Of a DNA stretch of 64,000 nt, positions 11,584 through 21,410 are shown piece by piece. Every line of letters starts with the position of its first letter. Within the stretch, counting starts at the first letter, position 1. Position numbers and translations under genes: made by a program. The notes under the pieces were generated by a model, which did not search any database, had not been told where the DNA came from, and saw nothing but the letters and a program-made list of their open reading frames with translations. Source of the DNA: Candidatus Phycocordibacter aenigmaticus (GTDB lineage: Bacteria; Patescibacteriota; Minisyncoccia; Phycocordibacterales; Phycocordibacteraceae); the NCBI GenBank assembly GCA_045401115.1, contig CP174359.1, positions 652,667 to 716,666 on the forward strand, written 5' to 3'.

Positions 11584-13779
11584 TTATTTCGCAACACTGA
11601 CCGCTTCTTCAAGTTTAACGGAAAGTACCTTTGACACTCCATCACCGCCCATGGTCACACCATACAGAATACCCGCTCGACTCATCGTTTCTCGGTTATG
11701 GGTAATCAGCAACAGTTGCGATTTTTCAGAAAGCGCGGAGACCATATCACCATAACGACGACTATTTGCTTCGTCGAGCGCGGCATCAGTTTCATCAAGA
11801 ACTAAGAATGGTGGTGGGTTGACTGATGACATAGCAAAAATAAGCGCGATTGAGGTCAATGCACGTTCCCCTCCTGAAAGCATTACTAAACTCTTAATAC
11901 GTTTTTGGGGCACCGAAAGTGCTAGATCAACACCGGCCACCGATTGTTCTTCTTCGTTGTCATCTTTATTGTCCTGGTTAAATTCATCACTTGCTATAGC
12001 ACGTGCTTTACGAGGGGTTTCTTTTGTGAAAACAAGTTTTGCACTTCCCCCATCAAACATGAGTCCAAAAAATCGAGAAAACTCAGCATTAATGGACATA
12101 ATACCTTTTTCAAAACGAGTACTCAGCTCAGTATCCAAATCCGCAATGAGCTGTTGAAGTGAGGCTGCTGATTCTTCAAGATCTTTTATTTCCGTCTCGA
12201 GAAAACGTTCCCGCTCAGACACCTCTTCATATTCTTTAAGCACATCGTCACCACCTCCGGCGCCCGCTTCTTCGATACGCACTTTTACTTTTTGTAATGC
12301 TCGTTTTTCTTCTTCTTGTTCAGTGCGTGAGACTGATGTTGCTAACGAAGTATCCACTTCATATGTAACTGCTTGAGAACCAACAAGCACACCAACTTCA
12401 CCGAGTTCGCGTTTCAACTCTTCCTCCTCAAGCGCCAATCGTGAAAGACGGTCGTTAAGTGTTTGGACCTCATGGGCAATATCACGCTCTTTTGCTGAAA
12501 GCGTGAATAATTCACGTTCTTTCTGACGTTCTTCAGTCCGCGCCTCATCAAGCTCTTTGCGCAGCGCATCGAGTTCGTGCGTAAGCGCTGCTTCTTGTTC
12601 AGTAAGGGAACGCGCCTTTACTTCATACGTTTCCTTTTCTGCCGCAAGTTTATCAATTGATTCCGTGGCTGACGCATCATGAGTAATCAATGATCGAAGT
12701 TGTGTAAATACATTTTGAACGAAAACACGAAGTGTATCTACTGACGCTGTATGTTCTTCAAGGGATTGCTCGTGCGTATCAACCATTTCGGAAAGTGCAC
12801 TACTGGAAACCGAAGCCTCCTGTGTAGTACTACGTAATGCTTCAAGTTGTCCTGAAAGACGTGCCGCTTCTTGGGCAGCAACACTCTTACTCGCGCGCAC
12901 CGTGTCAATTTCTTCGGAGAGAGAAACTATTTTTTGTGATTGAATATTATCGGTGTTCGATGCAATAACCGCACGTGCTTCTTGTACCTGTAATCGCACC
13001 GCCTCTAGTGCTGCTTGTTTCTCTTTTTTTGCATCCGTAAGACGCGCTTTTTCAACACGTATATATGCATCTTCACGCATAAAATAGACCCGAAATTTGT
13101 CTACTGCGTCTCGTCTTAAATCTTCTGTCTTTTTGATTTTATCTACCTGACGTTTAAGAAAACGAAGATGAGGTTGTACTTCTCTACGAAGTGCCTCAAC
13201 CTGTCGTATATTCTCCTGAGTTTTTTCAAGTTTTCGAGTGCTCTCTTCTTTTTTATATTGATATACCTTCAGACCGAGTGAATCCTCAAGCATTTCCCGA
13301 CGTTCTTTGGGTGAAGCGGACAGAATTTTGTCTGCCTCACCTTGCGAAATAATATGATGACTCGATTGTCCGATATTAGCATTCGCGAGTACATTAAAAA
13401 CATCTTTAAGGCGCACCGTAGCGCCGTTAATACGATACTCATTACTTCCATCACGATTCACTACCCGCTCCACTAAAACCTCATCGAAATCAATATCAAG
13501 GAACCGCGAAGTATTATCAAATGTAAGCGCAACACTGGCACGGTTGGCACGGCCAATAGTGTTCGATCCATTCCAAATTAAATCTTCGCCACGCTTACCA
13601 CGCATTGATTTCATTGATTGCTCACCAAGCACGAAGCGTATCGCTTCGGCAACATTGGATTTTCCTGAACCGTTTGGACCTACAATCGCAACAATAGAAT
13701 TTGAAAAATCAAACGATGTTTTTTTGGCAAACGATTTGAAGCCAGATACTTCAAGCTTAGCGAGATGCATTCCACTCAT
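11584..13779 (-). CDS. smc: SMC-family chromosome segregation ATPase (short, no canonical hinge)
   Basis: 731 aa. N-terminal MSGMHLAKLEVSGFKSF...GPNGSGKSN (Walker A), a long coiled-coil middle, then C-terminal LSGGERALTSIALIFAM (signature) and LVLDETDAALD (Walker B). It lies near rnc, as in the conserved rnc-smc arrangement. Confidence 0.7.
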   Translation of the reverse strand: MSGMHLAKLEVSGFKSFAKKTSFDFSNSIVAIVGPNGSGKSNVAEAIRFVLGEQSMKSMRGKRGEDLIWNGSNTIGRANRASVALTFDNTSRFLDIDFDEVLVERVVNRDGSNEYRINGATVRLKDVFNVLANANIGQSSHHIISQGEADKILSASPKERREMLEDSLGLKVYQYKKEESTRKLEKTQENIRQVEALRREVQPHLRFLKRQVDKIKKTEDLRRDAVDKFRVYFMREDAYIRVEKARLTDAKKEKQAALEAVRLQVQEARAVIASNTDNIQSQKIVSLSEEIDTVRASKSVAAQEAARLSGQLEALRSTTQEASVSSSALSEMVDTHEQSLEEHTASVDTLRVFVQNVFTQLRSLITHDASATESIDKLAAEKETYEVKARSLTEQEAALTHELDALRKELDEARTEERQKERELFTLSAKERDIAHEVQTLNDRLSRLALEEEELKRELGEVGVLVGSQAVTYEVDTSLATSVSRTEQEEEKRALQKVKVRIEEAGAGGGDDVLKEYEEVSERERFLETEIKDLEESAASLQQLIADLDTELSTRFEKGIMSINAEFSRFFGLMFDGGSAKLVFTKETPRKARAIASDEFNQDNKDDNEEEQSVAGVDLALSVPQKRIKSLVMLSGGERALTSIALIFAMSSVNPPPFLVLDETDAALDEANSRRYGDMVSALSEKSQLLLITHNRETMSRAGILYGVTMGGDGVSKVLSVKLEEAVSVAK

Positions 13780-13791
13780 ACCGATTCCCTA

Positions 13792-14310
13792 TTAATTTAA
13801 CCGAATGTTATACGATTCAGCGCCACCCCCACGACCTTCCCCATCTAACACACCTCCGCAAGTTACATTTCGAAATTCATCGTAATTAGCGTTTTCTGGT
13901 TTATCCATTTGACTTGCAAACAACACTGCGTAGGTTCTATTACCACAGGTATGAGAACCATCATAGTAATAATAATACGAGTCATTACTATTTGCTGCAG
14001 GGTCCGCTAAACTTCCATCAACATACGGCTCAATAAGATTGCGAAACGTCTCATTGGTAGCAATATTGCCGTTTGCACCTTCAGACTCAAGAGGAAACGT
14101 ACGGTTATCAACAAAATATAATTCGAGCGCTTTATGAATCTGCCGTAAATCAGCAACACGTCGTTTATCACGCGCGTCGAGTCTCGCATCAGTCAGTGCT
14201 GCTAAGCCTAACGAAGACAGTAATCCAATGATGGCGACAACAATAAGCAGCTCAATAATCGTAAAACCTTTTGATAAGAAATGTGAATGATTCTGTGAGT
14301 GATAACGCAT
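13792..14310 (-). CDS. Type IV pilin / pseudopilin-like protein
   Basis: Contains the class III signal-peptide motif KGFTIIELLIVVAIIGLL (prepilin N-methylation site). Start trimmed to an internal Met (MRYHSQN...) just upstream of the motif. Confidence 0.7.
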   Translation of the reverse strand: MRYHSQNHSHFLSKGFTIIELLIVVAIIGLLSSLGLAALTDARLDARDKRRVADLRQIHKALELYFVDNRTFPLESEGANGNIATNETFRNLIEPYVDGSLADPAANSNDSYYYYYDGSHTCGNRTYAVLFASQMDKPENANYDEFRNVTCGGVLDGEGRGGGAESYNIRLN

Positions 14311-14320
14311 ATACATATAA

Positions 14321-14581
14321 TTAACGAACATAATCAGGAACCGACTCTCCGGGACGTAATTGATCTTCTCCGAGCGTTTTTGGTTCTGGGATAGATTGTG
14401 CAAATAAGTATATACTGACGCCAATTAATACCATTGCAACAACTGCTAATAATACTGCCGCATCAGACGGATTTTTAATGATTCCAGTACGCGCTAACTG
14501 ATAGGCAAATCCTTTAGGTTCGGGCCGCGCGATACTTAGATCGTTATATTCAGTATTTTCATTGAAAGTAATCTTGCTCAT
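14321..14581 (-). CDS. Small hypothetical membrane protein
   Basis: 86-aa ORF with a single predicted TM helix (AAVLLAVVAMVLIGVSIYLF). No recognisable family. Confidence 0.4.
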   Translation of the reverse strand: MSKITFNENTEYNDLSIARPEPKGFAYQLARTGIIKNPSDAAVLLAVVAMVLIGVSIYLFAQSIPEPKTLGEDQLRPGESVPDYVR

Positions 14582-14645
14582 TACTCACTTAGTATACCTG
14601 CACATGAGTGAAGGCACCACAGATTTTGCCCACGGTTTCTCAACA

Positions 14646-15359
14646 CTATGCTATGTGTTTTTCCTCAGAAAGAGCGCGCGCTGCAGCTTTTTGTTCAGCG
14701 TCTTGTTTTGACCTTCCTTCACCTTTACAAATTACGATATCTCCCACTGAGAGCGAAACTATGAAATGTTTATCGTGATCAGGACCCTCGGCACGTACCA
14801 CCTCATAATGTGGTGTCATGCCGTATTTTGCTTGCGCTAATTCTTGAAACGCACTTTTAGCATCTTTCCATGCTCCTGTTTCCACCACCTCATCAATACG
14901 TGTTACCACATGCTTTGTTATAAATTGTCGAGCGGTTTCATACCCTTGATCAAGGTAAAGCGCACCAATTACCGCTTCAAAGGTATTCGCTAAAAGGCTG
15001 GTACGGGCACGTTCAAGATCTTTTGCTTCACCACGAGAAAGAAAGAGAGGTTCATGCATGGAAAGAGATTCAGCTACAGAAGCAAGCATTGAAGTGTTCA
15101 CTAACGCGGCACGATACGCTGTCAGCACCCCTTCAGGAGTCTCTGGGTAATGTTCAAAAATATAATCAGTAACCACTAACTCAAGCACTGCGTCGCCAAG
15201 AAACTCGAGACGCTCGTTGTGCTCAATTGGCATATTCGATTCGTTTACATAAGACCGGTGCGTGAAGGCGGTACGAAGTAAGTCTATATCATTAAAAGAA
15301 ACACCTATACGATTCTGGAACTCATCTAAGGCTCTCTGAGGGTTACTGTTCATATACAT
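14646..15359 (-). CDS. rnc: Ribonuclease III
   Basis: 237 aa. RNase III signature ERLEFLGDAVLELVV plus a C-terminal dsRBD-like region. Confidence 0.9.
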   Translation of the reverse strand: MYMNSNPQRALDEFQNRIGVSFNDIDLLRTAFTHRSYVNESNMPIEHNERLEFLGDAVLELVVTDYIFEHYPETPEGVLTAYRAALVNTSMLASVAESLSMHEPLFLSRGEAKDLERARTSLLANTFEAVIGALYLDQGYETARQFITKHVVTRIDEVVETGAWKDAKSAFQELAQAKYGMTPHYEVVRAEGPDHDKHFIVSLSVGDIVICKGEGRSKQDAEQKAAARALSEEKHIA

Positions 15360-16237
15360 TTCTGCTGCGCCACCACCATACCTAAATTCATGATACCGCG
15401 CAAATCTTCATAACAATCAAGTGATTCTAATTCCTCGGCAGTAAACCACTGCGCGTCAGTCACATTTTCTTCTTTTTGAATACGTAACGGGGTTTTAGCA
15501 CTGCACGCAACAAAGTATCCGACACGACGTGTGACTACACCGACATCTGGATCATGTGCTGTATATTCATGTTCACCAATAGGAGCAGTGACTTTTTTCA
15601 ACTCTATACCTAATTCCTCTTGTGCAACACGTACTGCTGCTCCGTCGGAAAGTTCTTTACCTTGATAGTGTGTCTTAGGGAGCGTCCATACATTAAACGG
15701 GTCAAGGACCAATGCTACATACAATGTGTCATTCTCAAACGAACACACCATGACACCAGCAAGATGTTCAACTTCGGTATGTTTCTTTTCTTCAGGTGCC
15801 TCTTCTTTACGTGGACTGCCCATATCACGATACACCGCCCCCAATACACCATTTATAAAACGTCCACTTGAATCTCCTCCAAATGTTTTTGCAAGTTCTA
15901 TCGCTTCATTAAGAGCTACTTTTGGAGGTACTGAAATTGATGTGCCAAAGAGAAGCTCAAATAATCCGATACGAAGAATATTCCGATCAACAGCAGCGAT
16001 TTTCTCAATTGGCCATTGCGGTGCCGCTTTACGAATAACCGCATCAATTTCACTTCGCTTTACTGTAATACCGCGTACCAACTTTAGAGAAAAAGCAGCA
16101 TCTTCATCTTCATGCGGAAGAGCAGCAGTGTTCTTTTGTAATGTTTCAGTAACAGTGTCACATGATAGGTCACCATACACATCTGCCGCAAACAGTGCTT
16201 GTAATACGCTAATACGTGAAAGATGTCGTGATGCCAT
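15350..16237 (-). CDS. nusB: Transcription antitermination factor NusB fused to a C-terminal Nudix hydrolase domain
   Basis: The first ~140 aa are NusB-like (ISVLQALFAADV...FINGVLGAV). The C-terminal ~150 aa carry a Nudix-box-like E-x7-RVAQEELGI core. It is one uninterrupted 295-aa ORF. Confidence 0.7.
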   Translation of the reverse strand: MASRHLSRISVLQALFAADVYGDLSCDTVTETLQKNTAALPHEDEDAAFSLKLVRGITVKRSEIDAVIRKAAPQWPIEKIAAVDRNILRIGLFELLFGTSISVPPKVALNEAIELAKTFGGDSSGRFINGVLGAVYRDMGSPRKEEAPEEKKHTEVEHLAGVMVCSFENDTLYVALVLDPFNVWTLPKTHYQGKELSDGAAVRVAQEELGIELKKVTAPIGEHEYTAHDPDVGVVTRRVGYFVACSAKTPLRIQKEENVTDAQWFTAEELESLDCYEDLRGIMNLGMVVAQQKCI

Positions 16238-16358
16238 AAAGAACTACTGCGGTGCGGAAAACCCGCACACATATCTCATAGCTTATAGCAAAATACCAAA
16301 AAGAAAAGCCATCTGTTACCGATGACTGTTTACTTCTCTGGAGTGAGCGTGGAGAGGA

Positions 16359-16652
16359 TTATTTCTCTTCCTTTTTTGTTTTCTTTTTTGGCGCCACTTT
16401 TTTAGTATTTTTTGGTGCTGTTTTCTCTTCTGCTTCTGCTTCAGCAACAGGCGCGTCTGTTACCTGTGTTTTTCCTTTCGTGTTTTTATCCATTACTGAA
16501 CGTCCACGATATGTGGTGCCATCAAGCAATGCACGGTGACGTGGATGAACTGAACCGCTGTTTTTTTCAACAGAAAGACGCTCGCCCTTAAGCGCATGAT
16601 GACTGCGGCGATTTTTTGTGTGTGAGCGCGTTGCGCGCATGCGTACTACCAT
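16359..16652 (-). CDS. rpmF: 50S ribosomal protein L32 with Lys-rich C-terminal extension
   Basis: RATRSHTKNRRSHHALK matches the L32 N-terminal motif. The C-terminal tail is KKVAPKKKTKKEEK. Confidence 0.8.
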   Translation of the reverse strand: MVVRMRATRSHTKNRRSHHALKGERLSVEKNSGSVHPRHRALLDGTTYRGRSVMDKNTKGKTQVTDAPVAEAEAEEKTAPKNTKKVAPKKKTKKEEK

Positions 16653-16710
16653 ATGGCGAGAATATTACATGAAAAGGCGCATAATAGCAACTCCTACAGC
16701 GCACCTCTCA

Positions 16711-17004
16711 TTAATTTACCTTATGAGCATATTCAGACCTTTTAGCGTGCACGTACTCATTCATTAAATGGTCCATAGAAGGACCGAGGAAATATGCACG
16801 CGCAGACCATATACCTCCTAGTGTTACTGCGCCGCCACCTATTTTTAAGAGATCAAGAGGACCAAAATCCGGCCCATCAATAGATTCATATACGAGATAC
16901 AGTAAGAGACCTGAAAGTGCGAGCAATAACGCCTTACTGCTTTCAGTTTTATGTGTCATCTCCTCAGACACCCGCTCAGGTGAACGAATAATTTCCTGCT
17001 TCAT
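16711..17004 (-). CDS. Hypothetical membrane protein
   Basis: 97-aa ORF with two hydrophobic segments. No recognisable family. Confidence 0.35.
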   Translation of the reverse strand: MKQEIIRSPERVSEEMTHKTESSKALLLALSGLLLYLVYESIDGPDFGPLDLLKIGGGAVTLGGIWSARAYFLGPSMDHLMNEYVHAKRSEYAHKVN

Positions 17005-17032
17005 AATTTGAATAGTAATGTCTTATGCTTAC

Positions 17033-17464
17033 TTATTCATCATCAGGACCCATTTCCTTAATGAAGTCATTTAATACACTTTCGGTAGAAACTGCAAGGA
17101 TTTCTAGTAATTCTTTCTGATCAAAATTTGCATTAAAAAAGGCCGCAACTGCTGGTAGATCTGGTTTTCCCCCGCCACCCTGCGCTGCCTCCACTGTTCC
17201 CATCAGTTCTTCACGTTGTTCGTCGGTCATCTTCTCACTGAGTCGCACTAAAAGGTCGGCACCAACTGCTTCCATTAATTTTTGTTCTACCTCTTTACGG
17301 TCCCTATCAGGGATACGCAATTCGTTCAACGTCTCATCAATACGTTGGTAAATACCCATTACCTGTCCAGCAAGCTCTTTCTGTGCAGCATCGGCTTGTG
17401 GTGCAGCGTCAGCTTCTTCTACCGTATCAACATCATTATTGTGGTGATTATTTGTGTCATTCAT
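17033..17464 (-). CDS. Hypothetical acidic protein
   Basis: 143-aa ORF with biased Asp/Glu composition. No recognisable family. Confidence 0.35.
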   Translation of the reverse strand: MNDTNNHHNNDVDTVEEADAAPQADAAQKELAGQVMGIYQRIDETLNELRIPDRDRKEVEQKLMEAVGADLLVRLSEKMTDEQREELMGTVEAAQGGGGKPDLPAVAAFFNANFDQKELLEILAVSTESVLNDFIKEMGPDDE

Positions 17465-17507
17465 ATAGCACTACTATGCTCTAAGCGTTTCAAAAAGTCA
17501 AAAGATA

Positions 17508-18110
17508 TTACGTAATTGTCTTTGTTTTAAGCCATGTTTTCCTATGAAGAGGGCACGCACCGTGCAGAGTGATTGCTTCATAATGCGCTTTCGTTCCATA
17601 ACCTTTGTGTCGTTCAAAACCATATTCCGGATATTGAATTGCGTGGCGCTCCATCTCCCTGTCACGCTCAGTCTTTGCAAAAACACTTGCAAGCATTATG
17701 GAAAGCTCTTTTTGGTCGCCTTTAATTATTGTTTGTTGATGTACATACCCTATTGGTGCCTTAAGTGAACCATCAAGACGTACATCACACACTTTTGGGT
17801 CTATGGCGAGCGCGGTAAGCGCTTCTGTCACCGCTAATTCTAATGCTGGTACAATACCCTTTTCATCAATATCGTTTGCTGGAACAGCGTGCACTCCTAC
17901 ACGCAGCTCACCTCTTTCTCGTCTTTCATCTATAATTGCGCGCAAGGTATCACGTTTTTTGGGTGTCAGTTTTTTTGAATCATTAATACCAGGGAAATCA
18001 GATACTGAAAACGTTTTGTTTAACCCAACCGCTGCAACCATAACAGGTCCTGCAATAGGACCACGGCCGACTTCATCTATTCCAATAATAATACGTGCTG
18101 TTGTGTTCAT
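17508..18110 (-). CDS. rnhB: Ribonuclease HII
   Basis: IIGIDEVGRGPIAGPVMVAAV, including the RNase HII DEDD-family N-terminal motif. 200 aa. Confidence 0.9.
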   Translation of the reverse strand: MNTTARIIIGIDEVGRGPIAGPVMVAAVGLNKTFSVSDFPGINDSKKLTPKKRDTLRAIIDERRERGELRVGVHAVPANDIDEKGIVPALELAVTEALTALAIDPKVCDVRLDGSLKAPIGYVHQQTIIKGDQKELSIMLASVFAKTERDREMERHAIQYPEYGFERHKGYGTKAHYEAITLHGACPLHRKTWLKTKTIT

Positions 18111-18166
18111 AATAGTTTTCCCTAGCAGAGAGTGGATGAGCGCGGTAAGCTATAGGTATTAGATAT

Positions 18167-21100
18167 ATGGAACTCACCCACCTCTCAGTACACTCACACT
18201 ATAGCCTACTTAATGGATTACCACAGATTGATGTGTTGGTGACACAAGCAAAAAAAGATGGGATGAACGCACTCGCGCTTACCGACCGCAACAATCTGTA
18301 TGGCGCTATTGAATTCTATAAAACGTGTACTAAGAATGACATTAAACCCATTATCGGTGTTGACTTAGATATTGACCTTGGTGTGCGTACGCGCCTTATT
18401 CTCCTTGCTGAAAACAATACCGGCTATCAGAATCTACTACCATTAGTATCAGATGCGCATATTGCACATAAAGGCGATCCGCACGCTACACGTGAGAGTT
18501 TAATGCAGTATAGCGAAGGGTTGATAGTGCTGATTCCAGGCGACGCTTTTGCTGCCGGTGGCATAACACTCGCAAAGGCGGTGCAAGAAATATTTCCAAA
18601 AGAAGCAATATATGCGCGGGCGGAATGGAGCAGTAGTGAATCTGAGCGCGCTCAACATCGCGCATTAGCTATTGAAGCAGGTATCCCATTTATCGCTTCA
18701 GATGATATTTTTTATATTAACTCCGAGGATAGTAACGCCCGAGAAATTGTACGAAAAATTGCCGACCCGGGCGCAGAACCTGATCCTAAAGACCGGACGT
18801 TTATTGATTTAAAAACATTTAAAGAGCGTTATCGAGAACAACCAGACGCACTTGAAAATATACATACTGTTATTGAGCGCACCTCAGTAACATTAGAATT
18901 GGGTTCATGGACATTCCCCGACTTCCCTATTCCAAAAGACACAACGTACGAAGATGAATTACGACGCGCCACCGAAGAAGGTCTGGTTGAGCGTGGTATG
19001 GAAAAAACAAAAGAAGTAGAAGAGCGGCTCGAATATGAACTCTCGGTTATCAACACTAAAGGGTTCGCACCATACTTCCTTGCAGTGGCCGACCTTCTTA
19101 ATTTTGCCAAAGAACACGACATTCTTACCACCACGCGCGGCTCTGCTGCCGGCTCGTTGGTTTCCTACCTCACCGGTATTACCAATATTGACCCAATTAA
19201 ATACAAACTCCCATTTGAGCGTTTTTTAAACCCAGAACGTCCAAAAGCGCCGGACATCGATATGGACTTTGCCGATAGTAAGCGCGACCAGGTAATTGAA
19301 TATGCGCGACAAAAATACGGCATTGAGAGTGTGGCACAAATCGGTACGTTCGGAACACTTATGGCACGCGCTGCGGTACGCGATGTTGCCCGTGCCCTTG
19401 GATACCCATATGGCGTTGGTGATCGTATCGCAAAACTTATTCCTTTTGGAAGTCAGGGTTTTCCTATGACTATTGAAAAGGCACTCGAGATAGAAGAAGA
19501 TTTACGACGCCTTTACCAATCTGATGAAGACGTAGAAATTATTATTAATACTGCGCGTAAAGTAGAAGGAAATGCCCGACATATGGGTGTGCATGCTGCC
19601 GGTGTGGTTATCGCGGCCGGACCAGCAACTGCTTTTACACCGCTTCAATGGGATCCACATGGAGAATCAATTGTTACTCAATACGATATGCACGCTGTTG
19701 AGGATGCCGGGCTTCTTAAGTTTGACTTTCTTGGTTTAAAAAACCTTTCAGTACTCGGAGATGCCATTGAACGCGTGCGCACACGCAAAAAAGAAGAAGT
19801 GGATATTGAAAATATTCCACTTGATGACCCTGCGGTTTTTGCCATACTCGCTCGCGGCGAAACAGAAGGTGTATTCCAACTCGGTGGCGCCGGTATGACT
19901 CGTTATCTCAAAGAACTCGCACCAACATCTATTGATGATATTAACGCTATGGTTGCGCTCTACCGACCTGGACCCATGGAATCAATCCCGCAATATATTG
20001 CACGTAAACGAAATCCTGAATTAATTACGTATCCGGATCAACGCCTTGAGAAGATTCTTGACCGATCGTATGGAATTATCACCTACCAAGACGATGTCTT
20101 GCTCACTGCTATTACACTTGCTGGATATACTTGGCTTGAAGCCGATATCCTACGTAAAGCAATGGGTAAAAAAATTCCGGCAGAAATGGAAGCCCAAAAA
20201 GAAAAATTTATCGACGGATGTGTTGATTATGGAAAACTTTCTGTTGCAAAAGCCGAATCAATATGGAAATTGATTGAGCCGTTCGCAGCGTATGGATTCA
20301 ATAAAGCACACGCTGCCAGCTATGGTATGGTTGCCTACCAAACCGCATACATGAAAGCCCATCACACCGCTGATTATATGGCTTCACTCATGTCCGCTGA
20401 TTCAGGTAATACTGAAAAAATTGCCATTCATGTTGCTGAATGTGTTCGACTCGGTATTGATGTACTCCCTCCTGATGTGAACGAGTGTTTTATTGACTTC
20501 ACTGTAGTGGATGAAAAAACAATTCGTTTTGGACTTGGTTCCATAAAGAACTTTGGTGGCGTCGCGGCAAAAGCAATTATTGAAGAGCGCACCGCGAATG
20601 GTCCCTTCACTGGTGTGGGTGATTTTGCATTTCGCATGGACAGCGGCAGTGTGAATAAACGTGGCATTGAAGCGCTGATCAAGGCAGGAGCTTTTGACCG
20701 ATTTGGTGACCGTACCGATATGATTGCGCATATGGACGAGATTTTGGCAGCACAAAGCCGTAAAAGCACCGCACCGGAAAACCAAGCAGCGCTCTTTACT
20801 TTTGAAGCAAAAGCTCCAGAAATCTCTATTAAGACTACCGACGAGACGTCACTTGCGGACAAGCTTGAGTGGGAAAAATCGCTACTCGGTATTTATGTAT
20901 CCGGACATCCTGTTGACCGCTTTAAAGAAGAATTGGCAGCGTATCCTGACTCAATAGCAAATGCTATTGCCGATGAACGAAAAGGGTTCCCGCAAATCAT
21001 TGGTGGCGTAATTGATACCGCAAAACTTATTTTGACCAAAAAAGGTGATCGTATGGGTTTCTTTACTATCTCTGACCGCACTCACTCAATAGAAGCAGTG

Positions 21101-21232
21101 GTGTTTCCAAAAACGTATCAGGAGGTAAAAGATATACTAACCGAAGGCACATGTATTCTTGCTAAAGGTAAAATATCATACCGCAATGACGAGCCATCGC
21201 TACTTATTGATAAGGTCAAAAAACTTGGGTAG
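18167..21232 (+). CDS. dnaE: DNA polymerase III subunit alpha
   Basis: 1021 aa. N-terminal PHP domain (LSVHSHYSLLNGL), the Pol III alpha catalytic core and a C-terminal OB-fold region. Confidence 0.9.
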   Translation: MELTHLSVHSHYSLLNGLPQIDVLVTQAKKDGMNALALTDRNNLYGAIEFYKTCTKNDIKPIIGVDLDIDLGVRTRLILLAENNTGYQNLLPLVSDAHIAHKGDPHATRESLMQYSEGLIVLIPGDAFAAGGITLAKAVQEIFPKEAIYARAEWSSSESERAQHRALAIEAGIPFIASDDIFYINSEDSNAREIVRKIADPGAEPDPKDRTFIDLKTFKERYREQPDALENIHTVIERTSVTLELGSWTFPDFPIPKDTTYEDELRRATEEGLVERGMEKTKEVEERLEYELSVINTKGFAPYFLAVADLLNFAKEHDILTTTRGSAAGSLVSYLTGITNIDPIKYKLPFERFLNPERPKAPDIDMDFADSKRDQVIEYARQKYGIESVAQIGTFGTLMARAAVRDVARALGYPYGVGDRIAKLIPFGSQGFPMTIEKALEIEEDLRRLYQSDEDVEIIINTARKVEGNARHMGVHAAGVVIAAGPATAFTPLQWDPHGESIVTQYDMHAVEDAGLLKFDFLGLKNLSVLGDAIERVRTRKKEEVDIENIPLDDPAVFAILARGETEGVFQLGGAGMTRYLKELAPTSIDDINAMVALYRPGPMESIPQYIARKRNPELITYPDQRLEKILDRSYGIITYQDDVLLTAITLAGYTWLEADILRKAMGKKIPAEMEAQKEKFIDGCVDYGKLSVAKAESIWKLIEPFAAYGFNKAHAASYGMVAYQTAYMKAHHTADYMASLMSADSGNTEKIAIHVAECVRLGIDVLPPDVNECFIDFTVVDEKTIRFGLGSIKNFGGVAAKAIIEERTANGPFTGVGDFAFRMDSGSVNKRGIEALIKAGAFDRFGDRTDMIAHMDEILAAQSRKSTAPENQAALFTFEAKAPEISIKTTDETSLADKLEWEKSLLGIYVSGHPVDRFKEELAAYPDSIANAIADERKGFPQIIGGVIDTAKLILTKKGDRMGFFTISDRTHSIEAVVFPKTYQEVKDILTEGTCILAKGKISYRNDEPSLLIDKVKKLG

Positions 21233-21239
21233 TTGCAGT

Positions 21240-21366
21240 GTTTTTTAGGGTATGCTCTAATGACTCTAAGTGTCGGTGTTGCTTTGCAGCATCGGAAGCT
21301 CGGTGGAACCGCGGTTGAGCACAATCGTCCGAGCATGGTAAAAGAATCTCATCTTTTACCATGCTC
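21240..21366 (+). promoter_or_regulatory. T-box riboswitch leader (probable Thr-responsive) with an intrinsic terminator, upstream of thrS
   Basis: The conserved T-box core GGUGGAACCGCGG is at 21292..21304. Its 5' flank GCUCGG can pair with CCGAGC, which is also the 5' arm of an 18-bp perfect terminator hairpin (21317..21360) followed by TTTTTT. Pairing is therefore mutually exclusive, as an antiterminator/terminator switch requires. A candidate ACU specifier sits at about 21254. Stem I would be unusually short. Confidence 0.55.
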
Positions 21367-21410
21367 GGACTTTTTTAATTCTTTAGAAATTATTCTTAAC
21401 CACCACCTCT

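Noticed and set aside
11584-13779. SMC-like gene as a defence-system ATPase (Lamassu LmuB, Wadjet JetC, RecN-like)
   Set aside because: There is no adjacent effector or partner gene; it is flanked by gdh and a pilin gene. Synteny with rnc matches the housekeeping rnc-smc arrangement.
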